This document shows positions 1 to 11,497 of a DNA stretch of 64,000 nt, one piece after another. The position numbers and the translations under genes are program-made. How positions within the stretch are numbered: the first letter of the stretch is position 1; each line of letters begins with the position of its first letter. The stretch comes from Malacoraja senta (taxonomy: Eukaryota): the NCBI GenBank assembly GCA_038087875.1, contig JAXLNO010000438.1:744001-808000 (forward strand). Reading direction: 5' to 3'. Below the pieces are notes generated by a model, which searched no databases, was not told the DNA's origin, and worked only from the letters and a program-made list of their open reading frames with translations.

Positions 1-1410
1 TGGAAAACACTTCCTATCTCAATGGTTGGTAAAATGAATGCCATAAAAATGATTTTTTTACCGCAAATATTATACCTTTTTCAAACAATTCCGATATACT
101 TGTCAAAAAACTTTTTCAAAAAGTTGGATTCCATTATCAGTGACTTTATCTGGGATTATAAGAATCCTAGGATAAGCAAAAAACATCTGTGCAAATCAAA
201 AAATAAATGGAGGTTTATTTCTACCAAACTTTTTGTTTTATTTTTGGGCAGTTAACATTAAAAATATGATTTTTTGGTTGGAAAAAATAGATCAACAACC
301 AGATTCGTTAAAAATGGAAAATGAAGATTGTTTATCTTTTGAAATCGGCTCGATACTATTTGTTACTTCTAAATTAAACAAAAAAAATTATAGGGAAAAT
401 CCAATAATATATAGTGCTATGCGGATTTGGAAACAATTAAAAAAGACATTAAAATTAGATAATTTATCACTTTTTCTTGCAATTGTGAATAATCCTTTAT
501 TTAAACCCTCATGGTTGGATAAAGGTTTCACACAATGGAAAAATTATGGAATTAAAATGATGGGACAACTTTACAAAGAAGGCACTTTTCTTTCATTTCA
601 GGAGCTGCAACAGACTTAAGGACTTCAAGCAAATGATTTTTTCAGATATCTTCAACTTAGAGATTATGTAAAAGCAAGTACTCAAAACTTTAGAATTAGA
701 AATTCAGAAATTCTTGATGACTGTTGGAATAAACACCCTAATACAGAAAAATGTATATCTTACATATATAATACTTTATTAGATAGCGAGATTCCATCGA
801 CGGATTTACACAGACAAACATGGGAAAAAGAACTAAATCAAATAATAACGAAAGATACTTGGGAAGAAAGTTACAACACATACATCAATGTTCATTAAAT
901 GCCAGACACTCTCTACTACAATTCAAAGTACTACATAGGTTACATTACTCTAAAACAAAATTAAATAAAATCTTCCCACATATTTCCCCTATATGTGATA
1001 AATGTCAACATTTAGATGCTAACTTAACTCATACGTTTGCGAATTGTATAAAAATTAAAAAATTCTGGGCAAATATTTTAAAAATAATATCTATAGTTAC
1101 CAGCATTCAATTGGATCCGGATCCAAAATTAATAATACTAGGAATATTAGAACCAAATCAAATATTTACAACAACTCAAAGAAACTTTATTGATTATAGT
1201 ATAATAACTGGGAAAAAATTAATTCTAAAATTTTGGAATGGTCCTATAAACCCCACAATCAAAATTTGGATTATGGAAATGACGGAGACCTTACACTTGG
1301 AAAGAATTAGACTTGTCCTGTTGGACAAACAAGAATTATTTGTTGGAACATGGTCTCCATTTATTGATTATCTAAAGGGTCAGAATGGTTCAGCACGGGA
1401 ACCTGACTAG
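1..1410 (+). pseudogene. Disrupted L1 ORF2 C-terminal region
   Basis: ORFs 22-255, 233-619 and 820-1410 read as one protein broken by frameshifts and a TAA at 617-619. The frame continues GLQANDFFRYLQLRDYV after the stop. Confidence 0.85.
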
Positions 1411-1730
1411 CACTCGAGCCAAGGAATAGATGAAATGTTATACTCTGAAATGTACGAATATATCTCAAATGAAGTTTTTTTTTCCTAGTAAGTTATTCCA
1501 TTCTTCTTTATTATCTCTTTCTTTTTCTTTTCTTTTTTTCTCTTTTCTTTTCTCTCTTTTCTCTCTTTCTTTCATCTATCTTTTTTATTTCTACTTACTT
1601 AAAAAAAAAAAAAAAATCAAAAGAAAATCATTGGAGACAATGTGAATAATGTTTGACAATATTATTAATTTAGAAATGAAAGACTGGTAACGATTTTAAT
1701 ATGATATGTATTTACCTCCAATAAAAAGTA
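1..1730 (+). mobile_element. L1-clade (L1/Tx1-like) LINE, 3' portion: ORF2 C-terminus plus 3' UTR; continues upstream of the window
   Basis: Translation WKTLPISMVGKMNAIKMIFLPQILYLFQTIP...IW...GG resembles L1 ORF2 after the RT domain. C-terminal CCHC-type motif CDKC..LTHTFANC. Stop at 1410, pyrimidine-rich 3' UTR (~1500-1600), AATAAA near 1720. Confidence 0.88.
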
Positions 1731-2796
1731 TTATCATAATAAGTCGATTTGACACCAAGGCCTATTTTGAAATGACATCTGAAATACATTTTGCTTCCCA
1801 CTATCCTCAAGAGATTTTGAGGGAAATCCAGGATCTCAAGAAGGCATAATTTTAGCAATATTTTATTATTATCGGAGACAGTGAGCGTTGACTAAGAGAA
1901 TGAATGGGATCATACCACATCTGCATAGGAATGTGACCAAATCTTAATGCGGAAATTGTGTCAAATTCTGCAAAATATACTCCTGAATTCCTTTTCATAT
2001 TGTGGAAGCAGTAGCCACAACATTTTAATTCAAATGAATACTGCAGATAGTGAATTTTACTTCGGAGTCACATTTGTGACTACGTGAAGAAGACCCGGCA
2101 GGGCGCATGCGCGTCATTACGTCAGTCGCATTGGCGCACGGACAGCGGGAGGACAGAGCTCCTCTCGTGGTAAGTACTTTTAAAGCGTTTTAAAGCTCCA
2201 GCTAAGTGACAAACTTAGTTGGAGTAAAACAGTTTCCTTTACTGTGGTGCTGTGCTCTGTGTTTGTCACAGGCAGCACCATGGTGAAGACGAGCTGGGGA
2301 GGGCAGAGCTCCTCCTGTAGCAAGTACTTTTAAAGTACTTTTATAGTTTAAAGCTCCAGCTAATCTTAGCTGGAGGGAAAGTTCTTTTTGTGGTGCTCTG
2401 TTTTTTATTACAGGCAGCACCATGATGAAAACAACCATGGGGAGGGCAACCGCAGGTAAAGCATAGGAGAGCCGCGGGAATGCGGTCTGTGAGCGGCTGC
2501 CTCGTACCCCCGCACAGTCGCCGACCGGGAGCGGGGCGACTTCAGACTCGGTGCTAAAAAGCACCAAAGCCAACGCCTGTCGGGCGTAAGGCACGGTGAA
2601 GTCTGGGAGCCCCTCGGATTTAACTGAGTCGGGCCACAACGAGCCTGTATGGGGCTGGAGACGTTGTAAAACAGTTCTCCCAGATGGAGCACCTCATCCA
2701 GAGGTTGCTCCAGAAACGCACACTCCGGGGAGGAGTTGTGTGGGCGGTAGGCTGCAGAAAAGCCACGCCGCCAGCACCTGGTAGAGGGCTGCTTAA

Positions 2797-3212
2797 AGCA
2801 CCCTCATGCATGAGGTGAGTGCAGAGGGTCAGCTAAGTTCTGACCCCAACTCTGACGGAGACTTGGAACTAGCGAAGAATGGCCGTTGTCAGAGGTCCAT
2901 TCTCTGACAGCACGATTCGCTGTCCCATCAGAGTATGGAGTGCCACTGGGAGAAGAGCTGGCCTCCACGATATAGAGGCTGCAGGATAGCACCCTCATTT
3001 AAAAGGCGCTTGCAGAGGGTCAGCTCAGTTCTGACCCGACTCTGACGGAGACTTTGTTGATAGCGAAGAATGGACGTTGTCAGAGGTCCATTCTCTGGCA
3101 GCACGATTCGCTGTCCCGTCAGAGTATGGAGTGCCACTGTGAAAGCGAAGACGGCCGTTATCAGAGTTCCTATCTCTGGCAGTACGATTCGCTGTCCAGT
3201 CAGAGTATGGAA
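2797..3212 (+). repeat. Imperfect tandem duplication (~190-bp period plus a partial third copy) in the DIRS gag region
   Basis: gcagagggtcagct..ttctgaccc..actctgacggagactt occurs twice. agcgaaga..ggccgtt..cagagtatgga occurs three times. Confidence 0.85.
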
Positions 3213-3689
3213 TCACCAAGAGACGGGGTAACTGCGAGTTGCTGAAGATGCCAGCAGTGAACCGGGTGATATGGAGCCAGGCGGGCGTGGGCGTACAGTG
3301 CCCAGGAGATGAAGCTGCAGAGAATCCTGAAATTATTAGGCTCAGGAATCACGGCGTTCGCGAGAACGGTGGATGGAGGGCATGTGTCGGAGACGCACCA
3401 AGAGGTACTAGGGTTGCTTTGTAGCACCCATTTTTTAGATAAATTGTCTCAGGGAAAGTGCCATTCGGCCCACCATTAATTCCAAGATTGCAGTATTTTT
3501 CCAGCCTAGCAACATACAGCCGGCCAACCTACTCTTCGGAGAGGACCTCGCAAGAGTGTCAAGGACATGGGTGACGAGGCAAAGACGGTGGGCTTCATCA
3601 AGCCACCGGCAGTCGGCAACTTTCCAAAAAAGAAAGTACCCCTACAAACGAAGCGGGAACATGGTCAAACATCCACCAGGTACCAAGGA

Positions 3690-5350
3690 GGTAGGTGGGC
3701 CTGGTTCTCAGGTGCACATATCAAATGTGACACAACTTAAATCTGGGGTACATTACATCTGTTTCTGGGATGAATGGAAGCAAATTACCAGCTCTGTTTT
3801 ATACAGAGTGTTATTCAAAGGTTTCGAATGGATTTCAATCCAAATTGTGATTTGCATATTCAACATGTTCTTGGGAGAACTATTCAGTTTCATTAACAGA
3901 ACAGATGGATGTTCAGACTGCGCTTGCAATCTTATGTGATAAAGGTGTAGTGGTTCACCAACCCCATCAATTTGTGTCTAATATTTTCCCAGGCCAAAAA
4001 AGGATGGGGGATATAGTATAGACATTGTAAAATGGAATTGTCACTGCTAAGCAACTGGGTCAAGAGGATGGTATATGGCGACTATAGACCTTAAAGATGC
4101 GCATTATTCAATGTCTGTTTATTTGCAGGATAAGGATATTTGAAATTCACCTGGATGGATCAACTATGGCAACAAAATTGTTAAAATATATAATAGGCAT
4201 GCTGAGAGGCCAGGGTCAGGTGCTCATGGCTTATCTCGATGATATCTTGATTACAGGGGTATCCAAGAGAACAGCTGAAGTAACAGGTGATAGTTGTTAA
4301 ATCCAATTTTCAAAGATTGGGCATTATCCATCCAGAGGAATCCAAATTAACACCTGACTATTTGGGTCACAATTGATTCAATTAAGTGACTCTGCCCAGG
4401 GGAAAAGGGTAGAGCTAATTGACAGGTGTATCAAGCTAATGGAGGCATTAAGGATACATTCGGGTTATTATAATAGACCTATGCAGTTATCAGTAAAGGC
4501 TATTCTGATTTGCAATGGTGGATTCACCATGTGTCCAGGAGTTATAGCAAAGTAATGCTTGACCAGCCTTCCATGATTTTGCAGATGAATGTCAGTGCAC
4601 TCGGGTGGGGTGTCACGGATACGAGTTTCAGCTGTGGAGGCAGATGGACTGAGCAAGAGTCATCGCTTCTGCAGACATGGGCAATTAACTATTAAGAGGC
4701 TTATTGCTCTAACAAATGTAATCTGCATGTTCAGTTTTCAGATTGACAATACTACGCAAGAGGCATATATATTAATGACATCGATGGAATCAAGTCGGCA
4801 TTTTGTGACAGATTGGCTAATCACATTTGGGCCTGGTGCATTGAAAAAGATATTTCAGCTATTTATCTACCAGGTAGATTCTACATAGTTGCAGACGCCA
4901 AGTCACGAAAGTTCCATGACAACATAGATTGGATGTTGAACCAGGAGGTGTTCAATAATATAGTACTTATATATGAATGCCAGATATCGATTTGTTTTGC
5001 ATCAAGGTTCAACCATCAGCAGCCTAAATAGGTTTCATGGGAACCAGACCAGGTGGCAGTTGCAATTGATACTTTGACGTTACATAGGGGTGGTATGTTT
5101 TATATATTTTCCTACCATTTTGCCTAATAGGTCGGAGTCTGCAAGAAATCAAGCACGATGCCGCTTTGCGGGTGCTTGTAATACCCAATTGGCCGAATCA
5201 AGCATGGTTCCCTTTGATGTTACAGTTAGGGATCCAACCTCTTTTTGGTGGTTCCCAAGCGTAGAAATTGACTGGAGCATCCGCTAACACGGGAAAGTCA
5301 TCTGTTATGTGATAGTATTGACTTGTTAATTTGCAGGTTTTAAGAAGGCC
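3690..5350 (+). pseudogene. DIRS RT / RNase H / MT-like region, heavily frameshifted; boundaries approximate
   Basis: YLDD catalytic motif in ORF 4097-4300; DNTT and YLPG..AD..SR RNase H motifs in ORFs 4589-4888 and 4813-5031. Confidence 0.8.
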
Positions 5351-7060
5351 ATACCTGGAGCAAGGAATGTCTGGGTGAACGGTAGACATGCTCACTGTAG
5401 CCTGGAGAAAGAGTACTCAAAAGGGACTCTACAATGATGAGGGGCTCAGTTATAGCACCATTAATACAGTTTTAAGTGCTTTGTCATCGAATAGTTTTGA
5501 TGGGGTCAGGAAAGATCCTAATGAACCGGAGGAGGCGCTGTCCTGAACGGCTGCCTGTCCTGCAGCTGTCCGTTTTTTCCCCTTCTTTTTTTATTATTTT
5601 TAGTACGTTGAGGGTGCAGTCAGGGGGCCTAATCTTTTTATGTGTGGGGGGTGGTGGGGGGAAGGGGGAAACTGCTTTTTGTGTCCCTACCTGGTCGGAG
5701 GGGTTGCCTTCCTCCGAGCAGCGCCTTCGACCTGTCCTTGCGGCCTACCAGCATGTCCTGGAGCGACGTTTCCCTGAGGGGACCTGGCCAGAACATTGGC
5801 TTTGGCGGCGGCGCAGAGCATCAGCTTTGGCGGCGGTGCAGTGCTGGAGCGCTGTCGTGGAGCGGGCGATGCTTTTCCTGGGCCGCTGCGCTGGAACTCC
5901 AGTATGCTGGGACCGCCGATGAGAACATCGTGGAGCCGCGGTTCTGTGGAACGGCCAGCTGCGACGCTGAACGTTACATCCCGGAGCCTGGGATCTCTCG
6001 CTGAGATCGCCAGTGTGAGGAGCTCCGTCCGGCGCGGTCTGTTGGCTTGGAAGCCGCGGTTTCCGGTGGGAAGGCGGCCGTTCCTGGCACCCTAAGCCGC
6101 TGGGGGTTCTCCTGACGTCGGAGCACCATCACCCGGCGAGAACATCGGGCGCCGTGGCGGCGACTGTGGAGGCCTCAATAGGCCCGAGTCTGGGTGGACA
6201 AGAGGATGGGGACTGGACTTTGTGCCTTCCCCCACAGTGGGAACCACTGTGGGGGGATGTTTTTGTGTTTTGGTGTTGAACTTCTTTTTGAATACTATGT
6301 TGTATTTTTATTAGTGTGCTGCAAGGACATCTGAATTTCCCCTGAATAAGGGGATTAATAAAGTAAAAATCTAATCTAATCTAATTGAGTTTCATCATAT
6401 AATAGCTGGATTGATGAAAGGAATTTCAACTCGAAACCTCCTAAACCCAGGTATATGGCGATCTGGGATGTAAGTGTGTTCCACAAGATGCTTCGACAGT
6501 AGGTTCCTGTCATGTCTCTGAATTTGCCAAACTAATCATGAAAGTGGTTATGCTCTTGGCATTGGTTCAGCATAGCAAGTGCAGATTTGCAAAAACTTCT
6601 GTTAGACAGGATGTAAGTTGCTGAAGAGAATGTTATGTTATATAATTGCGTCCTGCTTAAGCAGAGCAGGCCAGGTGTCACAGGTTTGTTAATATTGTGT
6701 TTCAGCATAACCTACTGGTCCATGTTTATGTGTAATGGCACATTTAATTTCATTATATTGAAGCTATAAAGACCTTAAGAAATGTGGAAACAGCGTTGTT
6801 TATCAGTTACATGAAGCCACACAGGAGAGTGTTAGTGCAGACTATCTCAAGGTGGTTTAAAGCAAATGTTGATTAAGGCAGGTATTAACACTGAAGTGTA
6901 TATATCCTTTTTCCACTAGTGCAGCAGCAACGTCGTCGGCTAGGGCGATGGATGTTCACAGCGGCCCTATTTTTATAGGTGCCGGGTGGTCAAATGAATT
7001 TTTTTTTTAATTTTTACCATCGGCCGATCGCCGATCGGAGAGAGGCTGTTTGCAAATTCA
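5350..7060 (+). pseudogene. DIRS tyrosine recombinase region, decayed and split by an insertion at ~5523-6385; boundaries approximate
   Basis: SALSS before the insertion, then GLMKGI..KPPKPRY after it; KQSRPG, LFISYMKPH, TISRWFK, AGWS..FYHRPI downstream. Confidence 0.75.
5523..6385 (+). mobile_element. GC-rich non-autonomous retroelement (copy A) with Rex1/Babar-like 3' tail, nested in the DIRS YR region
   Basis: CpG-rich body, T-rich then G-rich 5' part, 3' stem tcccct-gaata-agggga, AATAAA, (ATCTA)n tail. It interrupts the YR reading frame and shares architecture with 30389-31220 and 48256-49130. Confidence 0.75.
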
Positions 7061-7253
7061 GGATTAAGTCCTGTTTAGTTTCCCCTGGGATAGAGGGGTT
7101 ACTGGTTGTTTTGATTATTCAAATCAATTGTTACTGCATGATATTCACATTTCATGTTTAACGCATTACTGATTGTTTCTCATCGAAAGTCAATCAATGC
7201 AGTGAGAAGCCGGGATTTGGATCTGCGGCATAAAATCACAGAGCTTTGAACCC

Positions 7254-7364
7254 TTTACGTAGTCACAAACGTGACTCCGAAGTAAAATAGTAAGATTAAA
7301 CAAGAACTTACCAAGTTTGAAGTTTGATCTTTATTTTATGAGGAGATACGTTGGTGATTACGTG
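7254..7364. repeat. DIRS internal complementary region (ICR)
   Basis: 7254-7287 is the reverse complement of the left terminus 2055-2088. 7288-7364 is the reverse complement of the right terminal extension 7514-7590. Few mismatches. Confidence 0.93.
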
Positions 7365-7889
7365 CCTGCCACGCCCAACCCTCTCTCATAAAAAAGGTCA
7401 TATGGTAGTTCTCATGTTGCTCATCTTAATATGTTACTTCAAATATTGTGTTATCTGTGATTTCATACCGCTGCTTTGAAGATTGACGTGCATGCGCCCT
7501 GACGGGTCTTCTTCACGTAATCACCAACGTAATTCCTCATAAAATAAAGATCAAACTTCAAATTTGGTAAGTTTTCGTTTAATCTTACTATTAATCCATG
7601 TTTTGCAATTCAGGAATGCAGTTTTGATACAATCCCTTCTTTCTGGTAATGATCTTAAAAGTCGGTCATTCCCATGCCAATGTGGTCTCGATTATTCCAC
7701 TCCCATGCGACATGTGATCAGTATATGGATCAATTCAATAATCTGTTGCACCCATTCCGAAAATGGACCTCGGTGTCTGAATGCTCATTAGAAGAATGAA
7801 TTGATAACATGATCTCTGCACTTCAGCACCTATTTTTTTGATCTGCATTCCAATCGATCACTGGACGAGCTGCTGTTATGGCAAAAATG

Positions 7890-8690
7890 GCTTAGAATAA
7901 AGTAAAGTACAGGACAGCCTCTTTTGCCCACTATATCAGTACAGACTTTGAGTCCTGAAAAGCGCTATATAAATAAAATCTATTATTATTATTATTATAA
8001 CATGATGCTAAGAATATCCATTGATTGCCTCCATACTCAGGTGGCTATCCAAAAGACTCTTAAATGCCACTATCGCATCTGCTTCCACTACCATCCCTGG
8101 AAGCGCACTCCAGGCACCTGCCCTTCCCTGTATCAAAAACCTACCCTGCACATCTCCTTTACATTTTTCCCATTGCCTTAAAGCTGTGCCTTCTAAACGT
8201 TGACATTTCCACCCTGGAAAAAAACGTTCTGACTGTATTTCCTTTCTATACTTATAATTTTATATACTTCTATCAGGTCTCCCCTCAGCTTCAAAGAAAA
8301 CAAACCAAGTTTGTCCAAACTCTCCTTATAGCTAATACTCTCTAATCCAGATGGCATTCTGATAAACCTTTTCTGTACCATTTCCAAAGCCTCTGCAGCA
8401 AGTAACAATTTCATTGTTCTATCTGGGACATATGACTTGACATCCTTCCTGTAATGGGGCAGCCAGAATTGTAGACAATGCTCCAAATGCGGCCTAACTA
8501 AAGTCTGATAAAACTGCAATACAAATTCATGACTCTATACTCAATGCCCCAATCAATGAAGGAAAGCACATCAAATGTCTTCTTTATCATTCTGTCTACT
8601 TGTGTTGCCACTTTCAGGGAGCTGTGAACGTGGACCACGAGATCTCTCTGTACAGCAATGGTATTAAAGGTTTTGTCATTAACTATATAC
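7890..8690 (-). mobile_element. Degraded CR1 LINE 3' fragment; includes a short + strand L2-like tail with (ATT)n at ~7950-7997
   Basis: ORF 8193-8519 LVRPHLEHCLQFWLP..LEMVQKRF..RGDLIEVYKI matches the CR1 ORF2 C-terminus seen at 11597-12613. Confidence 0.85.
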
Positions 8691-10059
8691 TTGCTGAAAT
8701 TTGACGAATAAAGTTATGTCCCGGTATGCAACGAGAAATCAATGTATTTTTTAAAGTCTATTCCAAGTATATGAATCTGGAAACCCGAGTGGTATCTGAA
8801 ACTGTATCCTACATACTCCCCAGCAAAGATCACAGGAATTATGAATTTATGTTCAACAATCTCCATTTTCATATTTGCAGTGTGCTATTCAGGCATTGCC
8901 AGATGGGTCTGTACCTTCTGTCACTGCCATTTTCTTTGGTTGGTTGCAATCTGCTGGCTAATTATTTGATAGTTCCCCTCTGTCCAGTTTTAGCTTTCGT
9001 GCATTTTGTATTACAAAGGTTAAATACAAATCAGTAAAGTCTTTAAGATGTTACAGCTCCTGCTTCTGTACAGAGATTTATTTTTCTTATTCAGCATTCA
9101 CACTCTGTTCCTGTTCTATTTATTGGTACTGCCTAATGTTTGTACAACGCATGCTAATTGATACTTCTGAGCAAAAAAAAAGAATCATTACCTACCTCTG
9201 AACATGATGCGGATGTACTTAAACTCTTGGATGTAGAGTTTTTGCGTCAGCTAAACTAAAGCAAGATAAGAAGAATTATAGAAGTAAGTATGTTACAACC
9301 AAATTATGTATTTTTCTGTTTAGTGTGACTTTTCGTTCAAGATTCAATTTTCCTGAATCAAGCCTTAATCACAAACTTGTTTACACCTTAGGTCAGGATT
9401 GCAAAACTTTACTGCCTGCACAGACTCATTAGGTTCTTCAAATTGTGTTTTTTCTTACGTTTGGCAGGTCCAGGAGGCACAATCTTAAATATGTTTCCAA
9501 ATCAGTGAGCATTTAATTAGAAACAGACTAGTGTACACTAATGAATGGTTGAGCAGAGGATTTAAAAGTCATTTTCAGTGACTTTAAATCATATGAAGGA
9601 TAAAGCACAATGGAAATACATATTTTGGGAACAAATCTATATCGAGCAATATTAATAAAATACATCACAAATAGGTGTTGGTGCGATAGAAAGCTAGGGT
9701 GGAAATAATTGTATTATTTCCTGTCAATCATTCTGCTACTAGCTAATGAATGTAAATTTGTGCACATAATTTAAATTACTGTGTGACGATCACTCACTGA
9801 ATTTTGCTGCAAATGGAAAAAAGTGGAGAAAGTTACACCGCTTTCCTCAATTGGCAACATCAAAAAATAATTTATAATGGAACAATAACTATGTATTCAT
9901 GTTTACTCCTTGTAATCTTTAACGTTGTGTTATCAAGTCCTTAACTAGTCTAAAATATTTTAAGACTTAAAATATGAGGAAATGGCTTGCAAAGAGTCAT
10001 GATCCACCGAGATAATTGTTTTTCATTTCTATCTGAAATGGATGTGCCCTTAGTCTCAA

Positions 10060-10343
10060 GAAGTGACCTCAAGTGAGTAATGTTCCCTCTACATCTAATG
10101 AATTAAGACTGCTAATGATCTTAAATGTTACAATAAACTGGTCTCTCACTCTTTTAAACTGTAGTGAGTTCATATTTTGCTCATCTTTTGCTCATGAGAC
10201 AACTTGTCTCTGCTGGGTATTCATCTGGTGAATCTCATCTGAACAGCTTCCAATACATTCACATCCTTCCTTAAATAAGGAGATTATTCCTGTACACTGT
10301 ACTATAGTTGTGGTCTCATCAATGCTCTCTAATAACTGAAGCA
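10060..10343 (-). mobile_element. Old CR1 fragment, interrupted by the Harbinger MITE
   Basis: ctggtgaatct..acatccttcctt..gttgtggtctc resembles the CR1 segment at ~11980-12080. Confidence 0.6.
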
Positions 10344-10346
10344 TAA

Positions 10347-10782
10347 AGGGCCTGTCCCACTCAGGCCACTAGGCTGTTGCCACATGGTCACTGGGGTGTC
10401 GCCTGTATGGTCGTGAGTAGTCGCCTCAGTCGCCCAAAGAGTCGTAGCATCTTTCTGGTCGCCGCTGGATTTTTAACATGTTGAAAATTTTTCGGAGGTC
10501 AGAGACAATGGGTTTGACGCCAATGAGTGCAGCTTGACTTATCCTGACGTAGGTGCTGTCATAGTTGTCGCCAGGTTAACATAGGTTGTCGCCACGTTAA
10601 TGTAGGTTGTCGCCAGGTGACGTCGGTTGTCGCTGACTTTGTTTTATTTTTGTTGTTAAAGTAATGATTCTATTTCAAATTTTACGTCGAAGGGGGGTCC
10701 TGTTGCCAGTTTTTCGGTGACCTGTTACGACTATGACAGTCGCCGGCAGTCGCCTAAAAATAGCCTAAGCGGGACAGGCCCT
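10347..10782. mobile_element. PIF/Harbinger-type MITE
   Basis: TIRs agggcctgtccc / gggacaggccct, TAA duplication at 10344-10346 and 10783-10785, internal ~20-bp repeats (ggttgtcgcca). Confidence 0.88.
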
Positions 10783-11104
10783 TAACTCCCTAATTTAATA
10801 TTCAATTAAAACATGTTACTTAATTATTATAACACAGAAGGAGGCCATTCAGTCGATCGAGTTAACTAGTTCCCTGCAGACAATCCCATCCAATCCATCA
10901 CTCCTATTTCCTGTGCACCTGAAAGTTATTTTCACTTACATAGTCAGAGTTATACAGCTCATCTCCTCCATGCCAACCAAATTTCCTAACTGAACAACTC
11001 CAACTTGCTTGTATTTGGTCCACATCCCTCCAAACCTTTCCTATTTGTGTACCTGTGCAAGTGTTTTTTTAATTTTGTAAGACTCACCTCGAGCAATTTG
11101 TTTT

Positions 11105-11113
11105 ACACACACG

Positions 11114-11147
<34 letters not shown>
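11105..11147. repeat. (CA)n microsatellite
   Basis: Direct reading. Confidence 0.95.
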
Positions 11148-11149
<2 letters not shown>

Positions 11150-11497
11150 TATTTTCCATTATACTGAATTTACAGACACATTAACCTACTTTTCCTTTCC
11201 TTTTTACTCAATCGTTCTTTACTATGTATTCACTGTCTCACATTACATTTCTAATTTTAATTGTCCATAAAAGTCTTTGAAGATTTTCCATGTGTTGTAC
11301 AAATGAACTCATTGCAGCAAATGAGCTTTGTCTTAATTTTCAAAATGCTGATGATATGGAGCAATCCAAATTGCAATAGCTGTGATCAAAGGTGACCATT
11401 GAAACTAGCCTTACAAGTTCTGTAGCCTTCTAGAAAGATCAAAATACCTCCACAAGATCAGGTATACAGGACCTCCCCAACCACTAAGAGTATATAT

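Larger units (their letters stand above)
2054..7592 (+). mobile_element. DIRS1-type tyrosine-recombinase retrotransposon, full span, coding regions decayed
   Basis: Inverted terminal repeats 2081-2116 / 7484-7519. Internal region 7254-7364 is complementary to both termini. Remnant motifs: RT (FVSNIFPRPKKDGG, IDLKDAH, AYLDDILI), RNase H (QIDNTT, YLPG..ADAKSR), methyltransferase-like (FASRFNHQ), YR (KPPKPRY..WDV, KQSRPG, LFISYMKPH..TISRW, degenerate HSTR, AGWS). Confidence 0.93.
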
